DNA of 64,000 nucleotides from Candidatus Doudnabacteria bacterium (GTDB lineage Bacteria; Patescibacteriota; Doudnabacteria; UBA920; 2-01-FULL-46-14): positions 213,504 to 277,503 of the forward strand of contig JBGQGB010000001.1 of the NCBI GenBank assembly GCA_041497195.1, given 5' to 3'. A model generated the notes under the pieces. That model made no database searches. It worked only from the letters and a program-made list of their open reading frames with translations, and was not told where the DNA came from. Shown here one piece after another: positions 7,138 to 15,297 of the stretch (positions are counted from its first letter, which is position 1; every line of letters begins with the position of its first letter). The translations under genes were made by a program, and so were the position numbers.

Positions 7138-7173
7138 ACAACAAATTCCCGCCTAAAAGCGGGAATTTGTTGT
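7138..7173. terminator. Perfect 15-bp hairpin, likely a bidirectional terminator between convergent units
   Basis: ACAACAAATTCCCGC ctaaaa GCGGGAATTTGTTGT. Confidence 0.8.
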
Positions 7174-7188
7174 CAGTTCAAAAAAAGT

Positions 7189-7485
7189 TTATTTATACTC
7201 TGCAACTGGATTTTCGCGACCATTGACCCCTTGTTGTAATTTATAAGGCGGCTCCACATAACCCTGTCTTGATTTTAGCCATGTTTGGAACTCTTGATCA
7301 GTTTTCGCATCAATTGTGATAGCCGGCTGGGCAGTTTGCTGCGGGGGTGTCTCGAGCTCCCGGAAGTTAAGATAGAGATATTTATACGTAACTAAAATCT
7401 CAACAAGGATCGTGATGAGAAACAGAACCCACAATATAGTCTGCAAGCTTAAATGGAAGCGAAGATTTTTCGCGGAAATTTTCAT
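7189..7485 (-). CDS. Small bitopic membrane protein in the pilP position
   Basis: Single TM segment; GRENP near the C-terminus resembles the PilP RNPF motif; ATGA overlap with pilO. Confidence 0.6.
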   Translation of the reverse strand: MKISAKNLRFHLSLQTILWVLFLITILVEILVTYKYLYLNFRELETPPQQTAQPAITIDAKTDQEFQTWLKSRQGYVEPPYKLQQGVNGRENPVAEYK

Positions 7486-8102
7486 GGCTTTTTAATCAAA
7501 AAAACACCTTCGATGTTACTAGTGACCGTCCCGACATTGCCCAAAAGCTGATTTGGTCCCGCTTGCTCTTTGTCTGCCGTCATACTTAAGGAACTTATCT
7601 CACTCATAAAAGAAAGATTTTCTAAATTGACAAAAAAATCAATCAACTGGCGGTATGTTCCCCCGAGTTTCAAAAAATAATGAACTTCTTCAACATTTTT
7701 GAGACCTGGCACCACTGAAGGAAGCTTCTCTTGACTTGCTTTACTTCCAGGGCCAGCCTCGGCACTATCTACAATTGATAAAACTGCGGTAGGTCCACTT
7801 TTATCAATAGCACTTTCAACTCCTTCTACCAATCCTACGATCTCCTCGCGTTTGGGAAACATTTCGTTTAGACTTTGCTGATCGCTACCCAATTGTTTGA
7901 GCTGAATTGATAAATTTTTCAAACTTTCAATATCTGCCTGGATTTGCTGGAAATCACTCTGATTCTGCTTGATCGCTTCATCCGTGCTTTGAAAATTGCG
8001 CAACATCGGAAGGATGAAAAAAGTTACAACCAAAACCGCCCCAACAATAACCGCGATGACGCTGAGAATAATTTTAGTTTGAGAAGAAAAAGCTCTGAAC
8101 AT
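7482..8102 (-). CDS. pilO: Type IV pilus assembly protein PilO
   Basis: N-terminal TM, coiled coil, GTYRQLIDFFVNLENL motif; start at ATG 8102. Confidence 0.8.
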   Translation of the reverse strand: MFRAFSSQTKIILSVIAVIVGAVLVVTFFILPMLRNFQSTDEAIKQNQSDFQQIQADIESLKNLSIQLKQLGSDQQSLNEMFPKREEIVGLVEGVESAIDKSGPTAVLSIVDSAEAGPGSKASQEKLPSVVPGLKNVEEVHYFLKLGGTYRQLIDFFVNLENLSFMSEISSLSMTADKEQAGPNQLLGNVGTVTSNIEGVFLIKKP

Positions 8103-8103
8103 A

Positions 8104-8658
8104 TTAGTTGAGTATTTCTGGTCGAATATAAAATCGAAACTTCCAAACTGCATCTGTTCGCTTTTCGAGATTCAGCAGAGGAAAATTGACGTTGTTAAAA
8201 TAAGAAGAAGCCAAGAGGTTTTGCCTTAATTGTAAAACGGATTTTCTATCACTGGCACGGCCGCTTGCCTCAACCTTCAGGCTACTTCTACTAATAGTCA
8301 AACTATCGACAGTCAGCCCCGCGGGTAACAATCTGGCAAATTCGATCAAAACTGGAGATAGATTTTGATGTCTGGCGCTAAGGGTCCGAAAATTAGTCAA
8401 ATTTAGATTGAAGTCACCTGCGGCTTTTTGAATTCCCTGCTCTTGAAGCTTGTTAAAAGCAATTTGTTCGGTCTGAACTCGTTGTTGTGAAATCTTTAAT
8501 TCTTCCTGCAAAAAAGTCTGGGCAGCAAAAATCAAAACCGCCAAAATAAGAAAACTTAACCCCAACCAAAATCCAAAACTCCATAACTCTGTATGAATTA
8601 GTTGGAGTTTATACTCCTTTTGCTCGTCAGACGGAAGAAGATTGACAAATTTTTTCAT
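8104..8658 (-). CDS. pilN: Type IV pilus assembly protein PilN
   Basis: VNLLP motif, TM, coiled coil, LP.GL.V.SL and YFNNV motifs. Confidence 0.85.
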   Translation of the reverse strand: MKKFVNLLPSDEQKEYKLQLIHTELWSFGFWLGLSFLILAVLIFAAQTFLQEELKISQQRVQTEQIAFNKLQEQGIQKAAGDFNLNLTNFRTLSARHQNLSPVLIEFARLLPAGLTVDSLTISRSSLKVEASGRASDRKSVLQLRQNLLASSYFNNVNFPLLNLEKRTDAVWKFRFYIRPEILN

Positions 8659-8667
8659 AAAATGTCC

Positions 8668-9795
8668 CTAATCAATTTCCCTGAGTCCCAAACCTATTGC
8701 AGTTGCAAAACTCAAAGAATCATCACGTGATAATGGCGGGGTTTGGCCTTTTGCCAAAACATTTGCCCAAGGATTTCCCAATTCGATTTTCAAATCTAGA
8801 AGTGAACGAAGAGGATGAGCATTGTCAGTTTGATGAGAAAGTTTTTGGTGCAAAAAAGACGGCAGATGCTTCAATTTACTTGATCCTCCACAAAGTACCA
8901 AGCGTGAAATTTTGCTGCTCCCGCTGGAGTGTTCTTCAAAAAAACGAATAGTATTTTTTATTTCTTCGATCAAGTTATTTAGCGGCGATCTCAAAGCTTG
9001 CTTCACCGTCCCATGCTCCGCTTCTTCATCAATTCCCACCTCGCGTTTCAGCCGCTCAGCGACTTCTCTATCTATCCCCAAAGATTTGGCAATGGCATCG
9101 GTAAAAACATCTCCGGCGATTGCAAAGGATGACGTAAATTGAAGCGTGCCGTGATCGCTAATGATTAGACTTGTACGGACTGTATCAATATCCACAATCA
9201 AAACTGCCTCTTGCGTTTTGGACATCAGGCTGCGAGCAGTCGCTTGGGATTCCACTTCCAAAGCAACTGGTTGAAGTCCTGCATCTTTCAAAACTTTGAC
9301 CAAACTATCTACATAATCTTTCGGAGCCGCGGTAATGAGTACCGTCATTTTCTTGCCCGAGGTCTGTGCCTCTCCGCCCAAGTCTAAACTAGGTAAAGTG
9401 GGCGAAAGAACGACCCAATCGAGATAAACCTGACTAATAGGAAGGGGTATGTAAGCTTCGGCTTCCCAAGGAACTGCCTCAACGGCCTCTGCCTCGGATA
9501 ATGCAGGCATTTGAATTACCCGGACAAATGATTTTGTCTCCGGTATCGAGGCGACCACTTGTTTTGTAGTCACTTTGCCAAATTTCGGCGATGCGATGGC
9601 TGACCTAATCGTTTTGACCAGAGCATTTGGATCCTGAATTTTGTCGCCCGAAAAAATCGCCTTTGACATTGTGTAATCTGAATAAGCCTGAACGTTCTTT
9701 TTTCCGTCTAGCCGATAAAACTGAATCAACTTTACGGAAATATCACTAATATCAAGCCCCAAAGGTGATTTGTGGTCGCTGAAAATATTAAGCAT
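8668..9795 (-). CDS. pilM: Type IV pilus assembly protein PilM
   Basis: GLDISDISVK, EAEAYIP, VDID, LCGGSS and ATAIGLGLR actin-like ATPase motifs. Confidence 0.93.
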   Translation of the reverse strand: MLNIFSDHKSPLGLDISDISVKLIQFYRLDGKKNVQAYSDYTMSKAIFSGDKIQDPNALVKTIRSAIASPKFGKVTTKQVVASIPETKSFVRVIQMPALSEAEAVEAVPWEAEAYIPLPISQVYLDWVVLSPTLPSLDLGGEAQTSGKKMTVLITAAPKDYVDSLVKVLKDAGLQPVALEVESQATARSLMSKTQEAVLIVDIDTVRTSLIISDHGTLQFTSSFAIAGDVFTDAIAKSLGIDREVAERLKREVGIDEEAEHGTVKQALRSPLNNLIEEIKNTIRFFEEHSSGSSKISRLVLCGGSSKLKHLPSFLHQKLSHQTDNAHPLRSLLDLKIELGNPWANVLAKGQTPPLSRDDSLSFATAIGLGLREID

Positions 9796-9905
9796 TGGTT
9801 TGTCTAAGACAGAATTTTTGTTTCAATTTGGAGAACTTATTTATATTATAGCACAAATCGAACCAAAAGTAAAACAAAACGCAAAACGATACATCCAAGC
9901 TTTCT

Positions 9906-11267
9906 TCAATTTATTTCTCTCCAAGTACCTCGCTCAATTTTCCACGACCCACCAGGCCCACCAGTAAAATTAACACTAGCCAAACCAGTCTCATAAGTTA
10001 TTATTGAATTGTTTGACAAGGAAATCTGCCAGCCAGTAACTTCCCGAAGTTGGGCATTGTTCGCGACGGCCACGGTTCCGTTTGCCGCGTAAGCGATCAA
10101 AGCATCGGCGTTATTGGCGATTGAAAAAGCACTGCCACTAAATGAGGTCGTCAGCATCATTATATAACTACTCGGGCCGGCTTTTTGAAAAATTGCATCA
10201 TTGGAGACGTCGATTATTCCATCCGCAACGATGACCTCGCTACCGTTTCCATAACTCGGCGACAAAGTGATGATGGCGTTATTGGAAACTGAGATTTTTC
10301 CGTTTACCCAAATGGGGCCGGTCAAGGTCAATTCTGCTCCGTTTGAAAGCGTCAAATTTCCCGTTATTTTTTTTGGTCCGATAGTTGCTTGGGCGAAATT
10401 GCTCAAGGCATAATCTCCAATAATCGTCCCACCGCTTGTCGCCTGATTCTCCCAATCTGTGATTTCCTGATTAGAGATGGGTAAAGGAATGCTTTGTGGG
10501 TTAGGCTCGCCTGGATATGGAGTATTTTGCGATCCGCTGATTGTACAAGAAGTTTTTGTCGTATAAGAAGCGTTACCGCCGACCGTACAGTTACTAACTG
10601 AGTACATAAAAGCGCTTGCACCAACCGTGACATTGTCCATGGCGTAGCCATAGGCGTTGGCCCCGACAGCGACGTTAGTATCGATTTGATTGGCATGAGC
10701 GTTACCATCAATCTGCACACGATCAAAAATCCTACCGGTCGCACCGCTCGAATAAGCATCGCCGGTAATGTGGGCTCCGGCTGCACCATCAATGGTTCCA
10801 TCACTGTAAACACTGCCATTGATTAGAGAATTATTACTCATCACGAGTCCCCCCTGGCCAACTTGCACCCCATAATTAAAACTCACGTTCGTGGTGTCAA
10901 TACTCACCCGCACTTTTATCTGTTTCGTTACTTGCGGAGCGGCTTTGTTTGGAATATAACCTGTTGCAGTAATTTCTCGTAGACTTGAAGAAAGGTTGCT
11001 GATACTAGTATCAAAGACCCCGGCCCCTAGAATGGTTCCGGTTTCACCAGTATAACCACCTGCTGTTTGGTTCAGTTGCCAAACGGCTTTGTCGATAGCT
11101 GCTTCTGCCAATTGCAACGCTTGCTCTTTGGCCACCGCAATTCTTGTCGCGCGGACATTTAGAAAAACGTACGAAAGCAGAGCGGAAACCAAAGTCATAA
11201 CCACTACCAAAAAAATAATCGAAAGGATCATGATTTGACCAGACGAATATGATTTATTCATAGGCAT
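9906..11267 (-). CDS. PilX-like minor pilin with Asn-rich beta-solenoid C-terminal domain
   Basis: G-cleavage site plus hydrophobic helix, QALQLAEAAI motif, repeated xSNNAxI units, C-terminal WREI. Confidence 0.75.
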   Translation of the reverse strand: MPMNKSYSSGQIMILSIIFLVVVMTLVSALLSYVFLNVRATRIAVAKEQALQLAEAAIDKAVWQLNQTAGGYTGETGTILGAGVFDTSISNLSSSLREITATGYIPNKAAPQVTKQIKVRVSIDTTNVSFNYGVQVGQGGLVMSNNSLINGSVYSDGTIDGAAGAHITGDAYSSGATGRIFDRVQIDGNAHANQIDTNVAVGANAYGYAMDNVTVGASAFMYSVSNCTVGGNASYTTKTSCTISGSQNTPYPGEPNPQSIPLPISNQEITDWENQATSGGTIIGDYALSNFAQATIGPKKITGNLTLSNGAELTLTGPIWVNGKISVSNNAIITLSPSYGNGSEVIVADGIIDVSNDAIFQKAGPSSYIMMLTTSFSGSAFSIANNADALIAYAANGTVAVANNAQLREVTGWQISLSNNSIITYETGLASVNFTGGPGGSWKIERGTWREIN

Positions 11268-11860
11268 TATTTATTTCGTAAAGTCACGGAACCGCTTATT
11301 TGTTCTGAGGCAGGAAAACGACCGGAGTCAGCAAGGCTAAATTGATAATCGACAGCATGGGCCAAATTAAAATCAGAATTGTCATAGCTCAAATTGATAC
11401 TGTTCAATTTATTAGAAAGTTCAAGAAAACGACCGTGACGATTGCTAGCCGGGTCTGGCGCGACCGTCAGAATTAAACGAGCAGAATTGTTCGGGTCTTG
11501 ACCGATGATCGCGTAATCGTAAGTATTTGGAATTATTTGATTAGAGCTATCAAGTGACGGCAATTGCAAAACAATAAGGTTCGCCCCGGTCGTGTACGTT
11601 ACCGAATTGTAAACATGCGAAGGAACAAAAGCGATAGCGGTACGAACGTAAAGTACTAACTGATCTGCCGCTTCTCGAGCTTCATTGTTAAACCTAACCC
11701 CCCCGGATTGCGTCTGATAAAATTGATTGCTGGAAAGAAAAATACCTACCCCCAAAACTACCAAAATTGCCATCAAAGCAGTCACTACAAGAATTTCTGA
11801 CAAAGTAAAGCCAGAAAAAAACGATTCAAGAGTGAAGGTGCGGTTTTTATGGTTTGCCAA
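11267..11860 (-). CDS. Minor pilin (PilW-like) with prepilin N-methylation motif
   Basis: GFTLSEILVV. Confidence 0.8.
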   Translation of the reverse strand: MANHKNRTFTLESFFSGFTLSEILVVTALMAILVVLGVGIFLSSNQFYQTQSGGVRFNNEAREAADQLVLYVRTAIAFVPSHVYNSVTYTTGANLIVLQLPSLDSSNQIIPNTYDYAIIGQDPNNSARLILTVAPDPASNRHGRFLELSNKLNSINLSYDNSDFNLAHAVDYQFSLADSGRFPASEQISGSVTLRNK

Positions 11861-12224
11861 GTCCGATGCTGCCTATTAAAGTTTCTAAACTCACACTGTG
11901 CGAGCCGCTAGCGTCAGACCAAGAAATTGTCACGACCGCGTCCTTGATTTTAGCGCTACTCTGATAGCTAGCCACTGTCAAGTTTGCACTGCCGGAGGGC
12001 AATTCGGCCAGAGCCGCGTCATTGTAAGAACCACTGGCGGGCAGAGACGCATATGACGTATTTCGAAGTTCCTCAATTTTCTTCGCCGCCAGATGATACG
12101 CAAGGTTTTGATTCCGCGCCGTTTTTATCAGAGGAAGAGACGATATCACCAAACCGAAAATAGTCATGGTAACCAAAAGGAACGCCAGGGCAATAATTAC
12201 CTCCACAAGGGTAAAACCTTTCAT
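11847..12224 (-). CDS. Minor pilin (PilV-like) with prepilin N-methylation motif
   Basis: MKGFTLVEVIIA; A.HLA.KKIEELRN. Confidence 0.85.
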   Translation of the reverse strand: MKGFTLVEVIIALAFLLVTMTIFGLVISSLPLIKTARNQNLAYHLAAKKIEELRNTSYASLPASGSYNDAALAELPSGSANLTVASYQSSAKIKDAVVTISWSDASGSHSVSLETLIGSIGLGKP

Positions 12225-13438
12225 ATATTTTGACCAATATTGTAAATCGGCAAAATCAAACCCACGGCTAACACGCCGACAATCGCGCCAATCACAATCA
12301 CCAAGATAGGTTCGATGATTGATGAGAGATTTTTCATGGTATCGTCAACCTCCGTTTCGTAGAAATTGGCGACTTGGGCCAAAACTTTCTCCATGGTTCC
12401 TGATTCCTCGCCGACCTGAATCATTTGGGTGACCATTGACGTAAAAAGCTTGGGATATTTTTCCAGTGCGACCACGAGATCCACCCCAATTTTAACTTTG
12501 TCGGCAGCGTCGGCGAGAGCTTTCTGATAATAAATATTGGTCATCGTATCGCTTGTAATTTTCAAAGCTTGAACAATAGGCATCCCCGAACGCAACAAAC
12601 CGCTGAAAATAATGGTAAAGCGGGCCAGGTTGAGTTTTTTCACAATTTTGCCGATAATGGGCAGGGTGATATAAATTTTATGCATGACAGCGCGTCCTCC
12701 CTTGGTCTTTTGCCAAAACCAAAACGACGCAAATAGTGCGATAAAAACCAAAAGCACGAGAAATGAATATTTAGACATAATGTCAACGACTCTGATAATC
12801 ACGACGGTTAAGAGGGGTAACTGAGTATTAAACTCTTTGAAACTGGCAGTCAATTTCGGCAGGACGAATGCGAACATAAGATAGCCAATGATTACCAGGG
12901 CCACCAAAACCACTGCAGGATACATCAAAGCACCACGGGTCCTGCGCAACAAATTGTAGTCCCGGTCAATTTGCACTCCCAAATATTCTAAAGTCTCGTC
13001 CAGATTTCCGGTCTCCTCCCCGACTTTCACCATATTCGTGAGCATGGGCGAAAATACTTTCGGGAAGGCCTCCATACTTTCGGACAAAGTCTTACCCGTC
13101 TCCACATCATGGGCAATAGTCGCCACAACGCTTTGAAAATAGGGGTTTGGCATTTGTTTAGACAGGACGTGAATAGCCTTGGCAACTGGCAAACCGGCCT
13201 TGATAGTGACCGATAAATTGTTTATAAAGGTCAATTTTTCTAAAAGCGAAACATGGGAAAAAATTTTCCTAAAAAGATCGTTGAAATTCAGCGACCCTGA
13301 TCGTTTTTCCACGATTGCAGTCGGGAGAAGTCCTTGACTGCGCAGCATTTGTCCGACCGCTTCTCGCGACGGTGCATCAAGCACGTCGGTAATAGTTCTA
13401 CCTTCCCGATTACGGGCGGTATAAGCAAATGATGGCAT
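12221..13438 (-). CDS. pilC: Type IV pilus platform protein (PilC/GspF family)
   Basis: Two T2SSF repeats: GEETGNLD and GEESGTME, with ALMYP and IIEP. Confidence 0.95.
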   Translation of the reverse strand: MPSFAYTARNREGRTITDVLDAPSREAVGQMLRSQGLLPTAIVEKRSGSLNFNDLFRKIFSHVSLLEKLTFINNLSVTIKAGLPVAKAIHVLSKQMPNPYFQSVVATIAHDVETGKTLSESMEAFPKVFSPMLTNMVKVGEETGNLDETLEYLGVQIDRDYNLLRRTRGALMYPAVVLVALVIIGYLMFAFVLPKLTASFKEFNTQLPLLTVVIIRVVDIMSKYSFLVLLVFIALFASFWFWQKTKGGRAVMHKIYITLPIIGKIVKKLNLARFTIIFSGLLRSGMPIVQALKITSDTMTNIYYQKALADAADKVKIGVDLVVALEKYPKLFTSMVTQMIQVGEESGTMEKVLAQVANFYETEVDDTMKNLSSIIEPILVIVIGAIVGVLAVGLILPIYNIGQNI

Positions 13439-13441
13439 ATT

Positions 13442-15196
13442 TTATTCCTTACTTACTCTCAAAACCTCGGCAATTGTCGTCAAACCTAGATGAGCTTTGA
13501 TGAAACCATCTTGCCACATCAAGACCATCCCATCCTGAACAGCTTGCTCCTGGATTTGGTTGGTAGTCGAGCGAGCTAGAATCAATTTGGCGACGCTTTC
13601 CGTGATATCCAAAACTTCATAAATGCCCATGCGACTCTTATAACCAGAGTGTCCGCATTTATCACACCCGCGTCCTTCGTAAAATTCCGCGTCTTGGATG
13701 TGTTTTATCTTTTTGTCCAAAACCTGTTCCCGTTTCATAACCTCCAGCAAATGGTCAAGATTAAAATCCAGCGACAAACTCTGAACCATCTTCTCGTCCA
13801 ATTTTACCTGGGCTTTACAATCGGGACAAATTTTTCGAACCAAACGTTGACCAATGATAGTGTTGAGAGTTGAAGCGATGAGATAAGGCTCGACGCCAAT
13901 ATCCAACAACCGTGGAATCGCGCCGGCCGCATTATTGGTGTGTAGTGTCGACAAGACGATATGGCCGGTCATGGCCGCATGGACGGCTTCTTCCGAAGTC
14001 TCCAAATCACGAATTTCTCCGATCATAATGATATTGGGGTCTTGCCGCAACAGCGCCCGCAACCCAATCGCAAAAGTCAGTCCGATCTTCGGATTGACTT
14101 GCATTTGATTTACTCCAGGCATCCGGTATTCAATCGGGTCTTCGATGGTGCTGATGTTAATGCCTTTAACATTCAGTTTGGTCAAAAAGGTATACAAAGT
14201 GGTGGATTTGCCTGAACCGGTCGGGCCAGTGATGAGCGTCATTCCATGCGGCCTTGTTAAATTACGCTTGATGACCTCAAGCGACGTCCGCGCAAATCCG
14301 AGCTCTTCAAAAGTCAAGGCTTTGGCCCCTTCATCCAACAGACGCAAGACGACTTTTTCTCCGTCAAACACCGGAATAGTCGAGACTCGGAAAGAAATAT
14401 TATACTCGTCGGTTTGAAGCTTGAAACGCCCGTCTTGCGGCAACCGGTGTTCGTCTATTTTCAGATTGGACAGGACTTTCAGGCGGGCAACCAAGGCTGG
14501 TTGAATAATTTTTGGCAGAGTCATCACGTCATGAAGAATCCCGTCAATTCGATAGCGGACAATGACTTCCTTTTCTTGCGGTTCAATGTGGATGTCCGAA
14601 GCCCCTTCAAAAATTGCGTATTCGAGAAGGGTGTCGACTACGCGCACTACCGGAATTTCTTCGGCCATTTTCTTGAGGGACTGGTCTCCCTCACTTTCCA
14701 CACTTTCTGTCGCCGGAGCCCCTTGTTTTTTGGTAGTGAGGATTTTTTCAAACTCAGCCTTTAGGCTGCTATGGTACTGGGCGAGAGCGAATTCCATCCC
14801 GGTCTTTGTAGCGAGATGCGGCTTGATGACGAATCCGGTTTTCTTTTTGACAAATTCCCTGGTCTGCAGGTCCTCGGGGTCGGTCATGGCCAAATCCAAC
14901 TCCTCGCCGCGTTTTTTGAAAGCCACGACCTGGTGCCGATGCGCAATCGGCTCGGGGATAATCTTCAAAACTTCCTCGGGAATCTTAATCTGCGTCAAAT
15001 CCACGAGCGGAATTTTGAGAAAATCACTAACTAATTTGGCAAGCCGCTCCTCGGGAATAATTTTCCGGACAACTAAATAATTCACCAGGGGCTGCTTTTT
15101 GTCCTGGGCTTCTTTTTCCAATTCTGCAAAATCAACATCTTTGATTATCTGTTGATCCACAAGAATTCGCTTGAGGTCAGTTGAGGCCAGAGCCAT
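13442..15196 (-). CDS. pilB: Type IV pilus assembly ATPase (PilB/GspE family)
   Basis: ASDIHIEP, RLPQDGR, GPTGSGKSTT, EDPIEY, LRQDP, STLHTN and CxxC...CxxC motifs. Confidence 0.96.
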   Translation of the reverse strand: MALASTDLKRILVDQQIIKDVDFAELEKEAQDKKQPLVNYLVVRKIIPEERLAKLVSDFLKIPLVDLTQIKIPEEVLKIIPEPIAHRHQVVAFKKRGEELDLAMTDPEDLQTREFVKKKTGFVIKPHLATKTGMEFALAQYHSSLKAEFEKILTTKKQGAPATESVESEGDQSLKKMAEEIPVVRVVDTLLEYAIFEGASDIHIEPQEKEVIVRYRIDGILHDVMTLPKIIQPALVARLKVLSNLKIDEHRLPQDGRFKLQTDEYNISFRVSTIPVFDGEKVVLRLLDEGAKALTFEELGFARTSLEVIKRNLTRPHGMTLITGPTGSGKSTTLYTFLTKLNVKGINISTIEDPIEYRMPGVNQMQVNPKIGLTFAIGLRALLRQDPNIIMIGEIRDLETSEEAVHAAMTGHIVLSTLHTNNAAGAIPRLLDIGVEPYLIASTLNTIIGQRLVRKICPDCKAQVKLDEKMVQSLSLDFNLDHLLEVMKREQVLDKKIKHIQDAEFYEGRGCDKCGHSGYKSRMGIYEVLDITESVAKLILARSTTNQIQEQAVQDGMVLMWQDGFIKAHLGLTTIAEVLRVSKE

Positions 15197-15297
15197 ATTG
15201 GTTTTGATTTCAGGTGAAGCAGAAACAGCAAATACAAATATCAGATCAGAGTTCCCGACATCTGTATTGTTCTACGATGTAGAGTTATTTAATTATA

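Noticed and set aside
15197-15297. Roughly 90-nt leader upstream of pilB as a possible riboswitch
   Set aside because: Only short stems and no recognisable aptamer or terminator
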